A stretch of DNA of 64,000 nt. Origin: Macrostomum hystrix (lineage: Eukaryota; Animalia; Platyhelminthes). Where the stretch lies: positions 2,232,001 to 2,296,000 of the forward strand of contig CATNEN010000005.1 of NCBI GenBank assembly GCA_950097015.1, written 5' to 3'. Every line of letters starts with the position of its first letter. The first letter of the stretch is position 1. The notes beneath the pieces were generated by a model. That model saw only the letters and a program-made list of their open reading frames with translations, searched no databases and was not told the origin of the DNA. This document shows positions 35,790 through 48,949 of the stretch, piece after piece. A program made the position numbers and the translations under genes.

Positions 35790-36998
35790 GTGGCCAGCAA
35801 GGGCAGGTATAGGTCGCAAAAGAACCGCACCCTAGACAGTACCGCCAATTTGTCGGCGGCATCAGACTCTAACAATATTTCAGCCGCTCCAGCTGCAAAT
35901 ATTAGCGACGCCAGCCTTCGTTCGGGCGATGGCGCTGGCGACTCGGAATCCGCCGAGGAAATGTCAAAAGAGATGGAAGGCTTGACAGTGTCAGATAATG
36001 AGGATTATTACAGTCCAAACCAGGTGGGTAGTCCGGACTGTTCGCGGCAGACACCTGGCGGTCGGCTCTACCCAGACCTGTCAGGCTACTTACTGGACAA
36101 TGGGTCCCTGGCCTCTCCAAACTCATCGCTTAGGCGCGCCAAATCTCCACGATCGCCGGCGACCCTAAATTTAAATCGACAGCCGCCACCTGCGGCAGAC
36201 AACTCAGGCGGATACTTTTCTGTGCTGTCTGTTGTGGTCGCCTCAGTAATCGCTGTTTTTATTTATCATCTGCTTAACCCTGCCTCAATGGCTGCTTTGT
36301 TCAGCAGCAGCAGCAGCATCGGTCCTGCCAGCTGCTCCCTCGGCTGCATCCGGTCAGAGGTGCAGCGCAGCCTAGCCGCTGAGTTTCCTGGCCAGTCAGA
36401 GTCGAGCAGCTCGCAGCTGTGGGCGTCGATCTCCGCCTGTCTGGTCCGGCAGTTCGCAGCTCGACAGCCGTCCGACGCGCCCTCCGTGCTGCTGCTGTTC
36501 AGCGCTGACGGCAAGGTGGACTCTGCGGCATCGATGACGCTGAACTTCCTGCTGGGAAGGCTGAACCGCCTGCTGGCCTCCGGAGTCGGCAACTGCGGCT
36601 GCGCCACCTCGCCCGGCTGCGCCGAGTTCAGCGCGGAGAGCTCCACGGCGGAGGCCATCGACTTGGCCGCGTCTGATGCGGCAACATCAAAGAGATCCTG
36701 CCTGACTGTGCGCCGAATTGACCGGCTGGGTGGGCGAGAGGCGCCAATTTTTTACCGCCTAGCCGACTCGACCGAAGCCCCGCACCGGCCGTTTCTGTAC
36801 GTCCTGACGGTCGAGGGCGGCGATGCCAAACTGGAGCTGTCAGATGAGGCCAGCCTTAAACTGCATCTGAGTCGAATCTGGTTGTCTGACGGCCTTCCAG
36901 CTGAGCACTTTGAGCCATTGTGGACTCGGATTAGCGGCAATGTGCTGCCCGTGGTGGCGGAGTCGCGAGACACCCTGGAGAAACTGTCGCGCCGTTGA
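35790..36998 (+). CDS. TOR1AIP: LAP1/LULL1-like torsin-interacting type II membrane protein
   Basis: RLYPDL motif, a single TM segment (YFSVLSVVVASVIAVFIYHLL), then a luminal AAA-like domain: LAAEFPGQ..QLWASI, PSVLLLFS, LTVRRIDRL, FYRLADSTEAP, LYVLTVE, FEPLWTRISGNVLPVVAE with the arginine-finger Arg. True start uncertain: first ATG at 35961, but the frame is open from an acceptor near 35698. Confidence 0.8.
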   Translation: MASKGRYRSQKNRTLDSTANLSAASDSNNISAAPAANISDASLRSGDGAGDSESAEEMSKEMEGLTVSDNEDYYSPNQVGSPDCSRQTPGGRLYPDLSGYLLDNGSLASPNSSLRRAKSPRSPATLNLNRQPPPAADNSGGYFSVLSVVVASVIAVFIYHLLNPASMAALFSSSSSIGPASCSLGCIRSEVQRSLAAEFPGQSESSSSQLWASISACLVRQFAARQPSDAPSVLLLFSADGKVDSAASMTLNFLLGRLNRLLASGVGNCGCATSPGCAEFSAESSTAEAIDLAASDAATSKRSCLTVRRIDRLGGREAPIFYRLADSTEAPHRPFLYVLTVEGGDAKLELSDEASLKLHLSRIWLSDGLPAEHFEPLWTRISGNVLPVVAESRDTLEKLSRR

Positions 36999-37779
36999 GC
37001 TGGTGTACTTTTATTTGCAATATCGTGTTCATGGTTAACATGTTGCGCTATATTTCCTGACAACACGAGTAATAACGGGTGCTTTGGGAATTGAGCATTA
37101 TTTAACAACACTCGATGCACACAGCCAGATAGAAAGCATTCTCGAGATTTGTGTGTACATCCGCTTTGACTGTCTCATCGTCAGGCAGTGTACACTTTCA
37201 CTGTGGCATGTAAGTCGGCCTTCAATGGGTGTAAATTGCACGACAATCCCTCGAGCCTTCTGTCCGCGGCTGCCTCGCCGCGGAATCGAACTCAGGGTTA
37301 ATTTCTTGTTTCCAGGTTGACAACAAGGAAATAAACTCTATAGTCTATACCTAAGAAAAATGTGAACTCACAAAATGTTATTTGACTTTTGGAGCTGTAA
37401 TCTTTCAGTACCCAAACAAAAATCTATATTTTTTTAATAAAATACTTTCATTTATGCACAAACTGTGGCCATTAACTTGCTTGTTATACTATTTAGCTTA
37501 AGATTTTTGGCCTTATCTTCAGCCAATATTGATTCCCTAATTATGTTCTTCTACCGGTAAAAATAAAACTGATATTGGAGTTGAGTAAGTACTATAGTTT
37601 ATCTTCATCTTTTTTTAAACAAAAAACTATTTACCTAAGAGCGTGTACTTTTAATCTTTGTTTTTTGCCCCATGCTAATTATTAAGCAATAAATTTACAG
37701 TACAATTCAATACTCCACACATTTAGGCTTCTCTCTTCATTTCTTTCTCCTCTTCGTTTCTCTTATTTGTCATTTCTCC

Positions 37780-38290
37780 TCTTCTACATTCTCCGTTTCT
37801 CCCTCTCCATTTCTCCCCTCTCCATTTCTCCCCTCTCCATTTCTCCCCTCTCAATTTCTTCCCTCTCCATTTCTCCCCTCTCAATTTCTCCCCTCTCAAT
37901 TTCTTCCCTCTCCATTTCTCCCCTCTCAATTTCTTCCCTCTCCATTTCTCCCCTCTCCATTTCCCCCTCTCCATTTCTGCCTTCTTTTCTCCCCTCTCCA
38001 TTTCTCCCCTCTCCATTTCTCCCCTCTCAATTTCTTCCCTCTCCATTTCTCCCCTCTCCATTTCTCCTCTCTGCATTTCTCGTCTCTTTTTCCCCTCTGC
38101 ATTTCTCCCCTCTCAATTTCTACCCTCTCCATTTCTCCCCTCTCCATTTCTCCCCTCTCCATTTATCCCCTCTCCATTTCTCCTCTCTGCATTTTCTCGT
38201 CTCGTTTTCCCGTCCGCATTTCTCCCTTCATTATTTCTCCCTTCTCCATTTCTTCATTTTTTATTCATTTCTCCCTTTTCCATTTCTCCC
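37780..38290. repeat. 16-bp pyrimidine-rich minisatellite
   Basis: Unit CTCTCCATTTCTCCCC. Confidence 0.9.
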
Positions 38291-38419
38291 TTGCAATTTA
38301 TTTACAATTGCATCAGTGTTTAGAGACATTATAAAAAATATTTTTCGTGGTATCGAGTCAGATTTGAATTTACATTTAATCCATTAGGATTTATAGAAGA
38401 AGACCTCACTAGTGGGCGT

Positions 38420-39925
38420 TGCAACAGATGCAGATTGCGTGTACTATATGCTATTTACTATGGCAGTTTTTATAATATAGCATTGGCTCTGGCTGCAGAT
38501 GGCGTGTACTATATGCTATTTACTATGGCTGTTTTATAATATAGCATTGGCTCTGGCTGCAGATGGCGTGTACTATATGCTATTTACTGTGGCTGTTTTT
38601 ATAATATAGCATTGGCTCTGGCTGCAGATGGCGTGTACTATATGCTATTTACTGTGGCTGTTTTTATAATATAGCATTGGCTCTGGCTGCAGATGGCGTG
38701 TACTATATGCTATTTACTGTGGCTGTTTTTATAATATAGCATTGGCTCTGGCTGCAGATGGCGTGTACTATATGCTATTTACTATGGCAGTTTTTATAAT
38801 ATAGCATTGGCTCTGGCTGCAGATGGCGTGTACTATATGCTATTTACTATGGCTGTTTTATAATATAGCATTGGCTCTGGCTGCAGATGGCGTGTACTAT
38901 ATGCTATTTACTGTGGCTGTTTTTATAATATAGCATTGGCTCTGGCTGCAGATGGCGTGTACTATATGCTATTTACTGTGGCTGTTTTTATAATATAGCA
39001 TTGGCTCTGGCTGCAGATGGCGTGTACTTTATGCTATTTACTGTGGCTGTTTTTATAATATAGCATTGGCTCTGGCTGCAGATGGCGTGTACTATATGCT
39101 ATTTACTGTGGCTGTTTTTATAATATAGCATTGGCTCTGGCTACTGATGGCGTGTACTATATGCTATTTACTGTGGCAGTTTTTATAATATAGCATTGGC
39201 TCTGGCTGCAGATGGCGTGTACTATATGCTATTTACTGTGGCTGTTTTTATAATATAGCATTGGCTCTGGCTGCAGATGGCGTGTACTATATGCTATTTA
39301 CTGTGGCTGTTTTTATAATATAGCATTGGCTCTGGCTGCAGATGGCGTGTACTATATGCTATTTACTATGGCAGTTTTTATAATATAGCATTGGCTCTGG
39401 CTGCAGATGGCGTGTACTATATGCTATTTACTGTGGCTGTTTTTATAATATAGCATTGGCTCTGGCTACTGATGGCGTGTACTATATGCTATTTACTGTG
39501 GCTGTTTTTATAATATAGCATTGGCTCTGGCTGCAGATGGCGTGTACTATATGCTATTTACTATGGCTGTTTTATAATATAGCATTGGCTCTGGCTGCAG
39601 ATGGCGTGTACTATATGCTATTTACTGTGGCTGTTTTTATAATATAGCATTGGCTCTGGCTGCAGATGGCGTGTACTATATGCTATTTACTGTGGCTGTT
39701 TTTATAATATAGCATTGGCTCTGGCTGCAGATGGCGTGTACTATATGCTATTTACTGTGGCTGTTTTTATAATATAGCATTGGCTCTGCAGATGGCGTGT
39801 ACTTTATGCTATTTACTGTGGCTGTTTTTATAATATAGCATTGGCTCTGGCTGCAGATGGCGTGTACTATATGCTATTTACTATGGCTGTTTTTATAATA
39901 TAGCATTGGCTCTGGCTACTGAAGC
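38420..39925. repeat. 65-bp minisatellite, ~23 copies
   Basis: Unit GCAGATGGCGTGTACTATATGCTATTTACTGTGGCTGTTTTTATAATATAGCATTGGCTCTGGCT. Confidence 0.97.
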
Positions 39926-40429
39926 CATGCTTAAACTAAACCGTCGATCATGCACTGCTAGCCAACAGATTGCTGTACAGCCAATATCCATTGGGATAGA
40001 AATAGTCTAAGGAAGTGGAACGCTGAGTACTGGCTAATAAATGCTACAAGTACAGTGGGTCATTTGTACTTATCCAGAACTGCTATCTGGTGTACACTTC
40101 ATTTACTAATCCTTACTCTACTCTCTACAGCCTCTAATCCCTGTCGTGTTTCCACGTTTCTCCGAAAATTCATTTCCCCACGTGTCTCTCTTCGTCTCTC
40201 TTCAGCTTGTCCAAAATCGAATTCCTTAATTTTATCAATCTGATTTTTTAACTGTTGCATTTACTTACACAGAATTGCAGCAAAGTGTTGACAAATTATT
40301 TTTTATCTGTACTTTTAGTTCAAAAGTAGAAAAATTACTTTAAAAACGGATTTGGCCATTTTAATTTGTGCTCTTCATATACTGTCAATATCTCTCTATA
40401 ACTCTTGTATTTTATCTAGGTTTTCTGTG

Positions 40430-41110
40430 TGAATTCCTTCTCCCCCCTCCATCTATTTTATCCCCCTTCTCTTCTATCTTTCCTCTCCCACTCTCCTTCT
40501 CCCCTATTTCCACATGTCCCTCTCTCTCTCCCTCTCTCGCTCTCTCCCACAATTTCTCTCTCCCTTTCTCCCCTCTGTCCCTCTGTTACTCTCTCCTTCC
40601 CTCTCCTTATCTCACTCACGCCCTCTGTCCCTCTCTCCCGCTCTCTCTCCCTCTCTCCCTCTCTCTCCTTATCTCCCTCTGTCCCTCTCTCCCTCTCCCT
40701 CTCTCTCCTTATCTCCCTCTGTTCCTCTCTCCCTCTTCCCCTCTGTCCCTCTCTCCCTTTGTCCCTCTCTCCCTCTCCCTCTCTCTCCTTATCTCCCTCT
40801 GTTCCTCTCTCCCTCTTCCCCTCTGTCCCTCTCTCCCTCTTCCCCTCTACCCTTCTCTCCCTCTCTCCCTCTCCTTATCTCCCTCTATCCCTGTCCTTCC
40901 TTCTATCACTGTCTCTCCCTCTTCCCCTCTCTCCCTCTTCCCCTCTCTCCCTCTTCCCCTCTCTCCCTCTTCCCCTCTCTCCCTCTTCCCCTCTGTCTCT
41001 CTCTCCCTCTCTCCATCTCCTTATCTCCCTCTCTCCCTCTCCTTATCTCCCTCTCTCCCTCTCCTTATCTTCCTCTCTACCTCTCCTTATCTCCCTCTAT
41101 CCCTGTCCTT
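40430..41110. repeat. CT-rich low-complexity tandem array
   Basis: Variants of CTCTCTCCCTCT/CCTTAT/CTGTC. Confidence 0.9.
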
Positions 41111-41609
41111 CATTCTTTTCGCTCGTCTTTCCGTCTCCTCTAAACTGTCTCTTCCCATATTTGATTTTCTCTCTTTCGCCTACCTATTCAGTCAGGTTTC
41201 TCTAATCCTTGTCTAAGCCCAATTGCTTATTTTATCCAGTAAATTCTTGCTTACACGCACTTCCTTCTACCTTTATTTCCTAACGCAAATCCAGTCAACA
41301 CGCATTCCTCTTTAATCCCCTCTCTCTTGCCGCCAGGCCGCTCTCTGTCTCACTCTTTTATCCCATCGCGATGCCATCAGAAAATTTTGTTCCAATTTAA
41401 AATGCGGCTACTATGGCCTCATTAAAAATGGCGTTCGGCAAACGCGCCTTACTAATCAGGGTGAAGTGGCTCGTGTATTAACATCATAGTAATATTCAGC
41501 CCTGCCTACACAACTAGCCGTGTAAACACTCGTCACAGATGCGTGTAAGGACGAGAAAATAAATTAAAGGAACATTTGGCACTTTTATTGAATACGAAAG
41601 TGCCATGTG

Positions 41610-42630
41610 CTATCACTCTCATCCTAGACCCCAATGCCACTCTCATCCTAGACTGAAATGTCACTCTCATCCTAGACCCCAATGTCACTCTCATCCTAGA
41701 CTGAAATGTCACTCTCATCCTAGACCCCAATGTCACTCTCATCCTAGACTGAAATGTCACTCTCATCCTAGACCCAAATGCCACTCTCATCCTAGACTGA
41801 AATGTCACTCTCATCCTAGACCCCAATGCCACTCTCATCCTAGACTGAAATGCCACTCTCATCCTAGACTGAAATGTCACTCTCATCCTAGACCCCAGTG
41901 TCACTCATCTTAGACCCCAATGCCACTCTCATCCTAGACTGAAATGTCACTCTCATCCTAGACCCCAATGCCACTCTCATCCTAGACTCCAATGTCACTC
42001 TCATCCTAGACCCCAGTGTCACTCATCTTAGACCCCAATGCCACTCTCATCCTAGACTGAAATGTCACTCTCATCCTAGACCCCAATGCCGCTCTCATCC
42101 TAGACTGAAATGTCACTCCCATCCTAGACCCCAATGTCACTCTCATCCTAGACCCCAATGCCGCTCTCATCCTAGACTGAAATGTCACTCTCATCCTAGA
42201 CTGAAATGTCACTCTCATCCTAGACTGAAATGTCACTCTCATCCTAGACTGAAATGTCACTCTCATCCTAGACTGAAATGTCACTCTCATCCTAGACTGA
42301 AATGTCACTCTCATCCTAGACTGAAATGTCACTCTCATCCTAGACTGAAATGTCACTCTCATCCTAGACCCCAATGCCACTCTCATCCTAGACTCTAATG
42401 TCACTCTCCTCCTAGACTCTATAATGTCACTCTCATCCTAGACCCCAATGCCACTCTCATCCTAGACTGAAATGTCACTCTCATCCTAGACTCCAATGTC
42501 ACTCTCCTCCTAGACTCTATAATGTCACTCTCATCCTAGACCCCAATGCCACTCTCATCCTAGACTCCAATGTCACTCTCATCCTAAACTCCAATGTCAC
42601 TCTCATCCTAGAGCCCAATGTCACTCTTGG
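41610..42630. repeat. 24-bp minisatellite
   Basis: Unit TGTCACTCTCATCCTAGACTGAAA / ...ACCCCAA. Confidence 0.95.
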
Positions 42631-43326
42631 TTATCGGTAAGAAAATTAAATTATTATTCAAGAAAAACAAAAAGCCAAAATGATTTACTTTTATGTTAAA
42701 TCATTTCGGATAAAATGACATCGATTTTATTTACCTCGCAAAAACAAAAGAATTTTGCTTTTCGGAAAGCAATAATATTTTTGCTTTTGTTGAATAAATT
42801 TAACTATCTGTTTAAATAGTTTTAGCGCATGCAGTTTAAATAGTGCACGAGCTTAGTTAGTGTGCTTGACATTGATTTTGGAGGCCGCGTTATGTTAAAC
42901 GGTTTTATGCTCAGCCATAGATAATTAGTTTATAATTTTTTATAGCTATTTTATGCTGGGCCGATACAAAAGCACTAACCAATACAACAGAAATGTTTGT
43001 AACTCGATTGTGCAATTTAAGCAACAACTAAATTTCACAATATTTACTTTTAAATCCCAAAATTTTCTCTCAAATCTCATATTTTGATAATTAAACTATT
43101 AGTACTAGTTGCAACTAGTAAAATATAATTAATTAGATTAAACAAATAATCTAGCGCAGACAGCGTAACTTGAAAAGTTAACGCTTTTCAACAGCCCTTT
43201 GTCTTCGTTAAAAAGCCGTCTAATTTAAACAAATAAATAACGAAAATTCCGTCGACAAAAAAGCTACAATCCGAATTGAAAATGAAAATGTCAACATTTT
43301 GAACACAGAAAGTTTTAGTCGACTGC

Positions 43327-44715
43327 TCACGCCAAACTGACTGAGTTCGGTACGGGTCGACCGCCAAGGAATCCCAGACGCATGCGAACCGAATGAATGC
43401 AGCCGCATAGGTGGCTGAGGTCCATCACCTGCTGATAGCGAAACGGATAGAGCAGGCGATCTCGCAGCGTGGCCACCCTGTACTCCAGATTGCTCAGAAT
43501 CAATCTGGCGTTGCTAAAATCGAATCGTTCGAAGTTTAAATCGGAGCGGTAGACAAGCAGGTCGCTTTGCACCGGCAGAAGAATCTCCGACTGCAGCACC
43601 TCGGTCACGTGATTAACGCACTGCTCGCGGCTCTTCTGGTCGTTGCTCTTGAAAGCGTGATAAACGCATTCGTCCACGTATTTGCCCAGTTTGTGGGCCA
43701 CTTTGGAATAATTTCCGGAGAAGCAGGGCGTTGAACTATTTCGGCGAAGTAGGCGACGCCTGGGAAAACAGTTTGAGCCGGTCGAACTGCCCGATGCGGC
43801 TACGGCGGCCGCCACAATGGCTGTCGACGATGGCAGCAGGCGGGCAGTCTCCTCTGACACCGTGGCGATGTCCGAGTCGGTTGAAGCCTGAGTCTGCTTG
43901 AGACAGAAATTGGGAGAAAGTTAAGGATTTTGGATTCTACATTTTGAGTGATGTGGGATATTTAGATACCGGATACTGGGGTGTGGGATATTTAGATACC
44001 GGATACTGGGGTGTGGGATATTTAGATACCGGATACTGGGGTGTGGGATATTTAAATATGGGATACTGGGGTGTGGGATATTTAGATACCGGATACTGGG
44101 GTGTGGGATATTTAGATACCGGATACTGGGGTGTGGGATATTTAAATATGGGATACTGGGGTGTGGGATATTTAGATACCGGATACTGGGGTGTGGGATA
44201 TTTAGATACCGGATACTGGGGTGTGGGATATTTAGATACCGGATACTGGGGTGTGGGATATTTAAATATGGGATACTGGGGTGTGGGATATTTAAATATG
44301 GGATACTGGGGTGTGGGATATTTAAATATGGGATACTTGGGGTGTGGGATATTTAGAAATGGGATACTGGGTGTATTATTTTTAGAAATGGGATACTGGG
44401 GTGTGGGATATTTAGAAATGGGGTACTGAGTGTGGGATAGTTAGATATAGGGTACAGGATGTGGGATATTTAGAAATTTCAAAATATTTTTAATTGAAGT
44501 TTCAATTTTTGAATTAGGGATATTGTGCTGTGGGATATAAGGAAGCGGAATATGGGATCGGTCATTATAGTCCAACTCTGATCCCACCCACAGTGTCCGA
44601 CCTTGGAGGTAGAATTTTGCTGCTGCTGCTGCTGTTGCTGCAGGTTCTCAAATGACGAAGTTCTGCGCATCAGATTTCTTCTCTGATTCCTAGAAATATC
44701 CGCGTCGCTTGCCAT
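43327..44715 (-). CDS. Hypothetical protein, two exons (44602-44715 and 43327-43893)
   Basis: ATG at 44715 gives a poly-Q exon of 38 codons ending AAG|GTCGGA. A strong acceptor TTTCTGTCTCAAGCAG|43893 continues in phase 0. GC-rich coding-like sequence. Alternative donor CAG|GTGATG at 43429. No family recognised. Confidence 0.65.
43945..44480. repeat. 30-bp minisatellite filling the intron of the orphan gene
   Basis: Unit GGGATATTTAGATACCGGATACTGGGGTGT. Confidence 0.95.
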
Positions 44716-45379
44716 CTCCAGCCTTGAATTGCTTGAGTTGTAATAGTATCAGAAAATAATCAAAATTGGCCTATGAAGCGAAGCGATTCGGTCTGTTTTT
44801 TTGTTTCCTAGAAAATGAACGCGCTCCCTCGCCGAGTGTAGCTGAGCTCGAGTAAGCAATCTAGCTTTATAGCCTGCACATTTTATTGCTCACAAACTGA
44901 GACTACTAGCTGTTTCTCAATCGAATCCTACCAGGGTTAGGGAAGATTGAGGGGGGAGAAATCAGGCCGGGAACGGAAGGGATGATTCCCTTTGATTGGT
45001 CGGCGATATTTTCTCCCATCTGCCTTTTTCTTTACCTCTTTCTTTTTTCTAACACTCTTTTAGTAGAGAATTGTGCGATTTACATGTTTGTGTTTTTATT
45101 GTTCCAACTCTCTACGTTCTAGGATTCAACTCTGTCTCGTATGGGTAGCAATTTACATAATCCTTCATCAATTACAAAGTCAGCTGTGCTATTTGTTTAA
45201 CTAATTATTTCTGTCGCGATTCTGTGTGTCGCTTCGAGAAATGTGCTATCCTCTTTTTGCAGCCTTTAATCGCAATCCATTATTCATATTGTCTCCCGGA
45301 CTCAGCAATCTCTGCTCCCATCCCAATTACTAATGTCGAATCCTCATTCTCCCATATAAATTCCCTTCAGACAGACACT

Positions 45380-45980
45380 ACTTCAGTTTCCCCTGTTCCC
45401 TCTGTCTCTCCCGCACAGTTTCCCCTGTTCCCTCTGTCTCTCCCATACAGTTTCCCCTGTTCCCTCTGTCTCTCCCATACAGTTTCCCCTGTTCCCTCTC
45501 TGTCTCCCACACAGTTTCCCCTGTTCCCTCTCTGTCTCCCACACAGTTTCCCCTGTTCCCTCTCTGTCTCCCACACAGTTTCCCCTGTTCCCTCTCTGTC
45601 TCCCACACAGTTTCCCCTGTTCCCTCTCTGTCTCCCACACAGTTTCCCCTGTTCCCTCTGTCTCTCCCACACAGTTTCCCCTGTTCCCTCTCTGTCTCCC
45701 ACACAGTTTCCCCTGTTCCCTCTCTGTCTCCCACACAGTTTCCCCTGTTCCATCTGTGTCTCCCACACAGTTTCCCCTGTTCCCTCTCTGTCTCCCACAC
45801 AGTTTCCCCTGTTCCATCTGTGTCTCCCACACAGTTTCCCCTGTTCCCTCTCTGTCTCCCACACAGTTTCCCCTGTTCCATCTGTGTCTCCCACACAGTT
45901 TCCCCTGTTCCCTCTCTGTCTCCCACACAGTTTCCCCTGTTCCCTCTCTGTCTCCCACACAGTTTCCCTTGTTCCCTGTA
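45380..45980. repeat. 32-bp minisatellite
   Basis: Unit TTTCCCCTGTTCCCTCTCTGTCTCCCACACAG. Confidence 0.95.
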
Positions 45981-46489
45981 GGAAAGGTATTAATATATTT
46001 TCGCTTTATCACGTTCTTTGCATCACAACCCCCAAACCATGAAATGCATAGTTTTCTTTCATGCATTTTTTAAAATCGCTGATTAACTTTTTTAGCCACT
46101 TTAAGGTGAGTTTCGTCAGAAAATAACAAGGGCTTGGTGGATCCCCTTAACGTGCCGCAGTCTATCCTGAAAGTAATTAGTTAGACATTTTCTCTTTCTC
46201 TCAATCAACTTTCTCTCCCTGCCCACTTCCACTCACTCAATCTTGAGTCCTGTCAAATTAATGGACAACCGACGCTACCCATACTACATCCTTGCCTTGG
46301 GCCTAATTCATACTTCTTTTCTCTTCTATTGATGATTTATGCCATGGGTCCGCAGACTTTTCATATCGGCGGTTCCAAAGCTAAATTGTTTGGCCACTCC
46401 ACTTCAAAGCACATTTATTACTTATTGTACACTCGTGCGTACATTCGTGCGAATCTTAGCTGAGTGAAAAGGGAACACGGATCCCTCAG

Positions 46490-47140
46490 AACTGTCTGAC
46501 TGTCTGACTGTCTTCACATCCTTCTGGACATCTGTGTGACTGTCTTCACATCCTTCTGGACATTTGTCTGACTGTCTTCACAGCCTTCGAGACATCTGTG
46601 TGACTGTCTTCACATCCTTCTGGACATTTGTCTGACTGTCTTCACAGCCTTCGAGACATCTGTGTGACTGTCCTTCCATCCTTCAGGACATCTGTCTGAC
46701 TGTCCTTCCATCCTTCAGGACATCCGTCTGACTGTCTTCACAGCCTTCGAGACATCTGTGTGACTGTCCTTCCATCCTTCAGGACATCTGTCTGACTGTC
46801 TTCCCATCCATCAGGACATCTGTCTGACTGTCCTTCCATCCTTCAGGACATCTGTCTGACTGTCTTCCCATCCATCAGGACATCTGTCTGACTGTCCTTC
46901 CATCCTTCAGGACATCTGTCTGACTGTCTTCCCATCCTTCAGGACATCTGTCTGACTGTCTTCCCATCCATCAGGACATCTGTCTGACTGTCCTTCCATC
47001 CTTCAGGACATCTGTCTGACTGTCTTCCCATCCATCAGGACATCTGTCTGACTGTCCTTCCATCCATCAGGACATCTGTCTGACTGTCTTCCCATCCATC
47101 AGGACATCTGTCTGACTGTCCTTCCATCCTTCAGGACTAT
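46490..47140. repeat. 32-bp minisatellite
   Basis: Unit CATCTGTCTGACTGTCCTTCCATCCTTCAGGA. Confidence 0.95.
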
Positions 47141-48251
47141 TACTACCTTAAATTCTTCATGTTTAGTTTTAAGATAATATCAGAAATGTTTGAGAGCATA
47201 TTGAAAAATCAATGAAGAAATTATGTTACCATCTGTGACTTAGTGAAGTCGCGAAGGTGACATGAATCGAAATGTAACGATTTCAAAGTTACATTGATTC
47301 CACCGCGATTTCTCCAGCATGTGCAACTGATTAGCATAAAGCAAATCAATTCTTTAACCTTCAAACTTTCAAAGCTTATTAGATCCCTTGGAAGAATTAA
47401 AATAAGACACGGTTTGATTTAGTTTCTCTGAATAGGATTTGTTTTACTCGCCAGCGTTGACTGCACTCTGTCTCTCGATAAGCTGTCGTCTGTCTATCAA
47501 CTGTCTTAAATTTTGTATTTCACCCTCAAAATAAAGATCGTCACGTCTTTTTAAGTGCGGCTCCCACTTATTTTGAATTCTTTTGTAAAGTGATTTCGTA
47601 ACAGATTTCAAAGCTGTTAGATTTCTATATTCTCGATTAATAAATCCTTGGAGTTAGAATTTTAAAACCCTCTGGCGCCCGGCGGCGTGCGTACATTGAG
47701 TGTACATTCTCTCCCCACTGTCCTCTGTCCCACACTAGCTTCTCTTTATTTTCTCTCCCCCTTTCTCGTGTGTACCTGTCTGGCCTCCACTGTCACATGT
47801 TTTGTCGCACGTGGGTGGGCTTTTTGTTTGTCTTAAAGTGCAGTGTTAACTGCAATTGGTGCTTCAACTATGACTCATAGGCTGCGACGGATCGAATGAA
47901 GGTGCTTTCCTTTCAAGATAAGTCTATGACGTCAGTAGTTATTTTTAGAAACCACGTGATTCTATCTAGTCGTATGTGCTTATGGGTGGCCTTTGGCTGA
48001 CTTGAACCTTCCATGGTTTTAAATCCATGAACCCGTTAGATTCTTGAATCCACAAAGCTTGTTAGATTCTTGAATCGATACTCGGCAAAATTGACACAAA
48101 ATCTTGAATTATAATAACTCTTCAATTCAGTGCCGATCCCAACCCTTCGCGGATTAGTCTAGTGCCGCTGGTGTGACGAGGGCGGAGGGTGAATTCCGAT
48201 CCAACTAACTTCCGGGTGAGGGATGGAGACGGTGAAAATTTTTCACTGAAA

Positions 48252-48843
48252 ATGCTGGCTAGAGACATGAGCCTGGCCCTGGAAATGGAAAGCTCAGGTA
48301 AGAGAAATATTATCTCATAGAGACTAGGAATTATCTACGCCCAAAAAAGCAGATTGCTTGAGGGCTTTCACTGAGAGCGAGAGGGGCAGGACTATCTGCC
48401 ACGCCCATGCTGTGTGCGTGTGTGTTGAGACGCTGCTCTTGATGGCTCTAGTAGATTAGGGAGGGGAAGCCTGGGCAGGTTTCTTAGAATCTGATCATTT
48501 TGGAATGAAAAGAAAATAATTTTTCAAGGGCCCGATAATGAGGAAAAATAATGTTGACATTTTTTCGATCTTTATTGTAATTCATATCTATTTAAAAACA
48601 TTTCTCATGATGTTTTGATTTTGTAGTTATTCCATCCTTGCGCATTACTGTCAGTAGTGTAATTAAGTTTGCGTGGATGAAGAAATCATTAAATCGCTCA
48701 ACGAAGCCGCAAAAAATTCAGCGTTCTGTGACTCCCTATCTGACTGTCTGAACGAAGAGAAAAAACGATTTAAAAATCTTTTTCCATCGACAGCGACTGA
48801 AGCCATAAATATTCAGCTTGAAAAAGCTAAATACATTGTGTAG
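48252..48843 (+). CDS. Possible small two-exon gene or fragment (48252-48297 + 48668-48843, 73 aa)
   Basis: MLARDMSLALEMESS G|GTAAG donor joins in phase 1 to AAG|TT..., giving VCVDEEIIKSLNEAAKNSAFCDSLSDCLNEEKKRFKNLFPSTATEAINIQLEKAKYIV*. The acceptor is weak and no homology is recognised. Confidence 0.25.
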
Positions 48844-48949
48844 ATTTTGTCTGACAGATCTTGCTTCATGGCTCCTACTCATTCTCTTTTTTTCTATTTC
48901 CTATCGCTATGTCTGTAACTTCAAGGCTTCTGATTGAGATACAATCAGT

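Noticed and set aside
25925-39925. Regular arrays (33-, 30- and 65-bp) as CRISPR loci
   Set aside because: Units are head-to-tail with no unique spacers, there are no cas genes, and the context is eukaryotic introns.
43560-43720. Mab-21/cGAS-like N-terminus in the orphan gene
   Set aside because: Only a vague helical resemblance; no nucleotidyltransferase GS/DxD motif is visible.
43944-44429. Gly/Tyr/Trp-rich repeat ORF (GYLDTGYWGV)n resembling a structural or adhesive protein
   Set aside because: It coincides exactly with a 30-bp array filling the intron of the opposite-strand gene, starts at GTG, and has no signal peptide.
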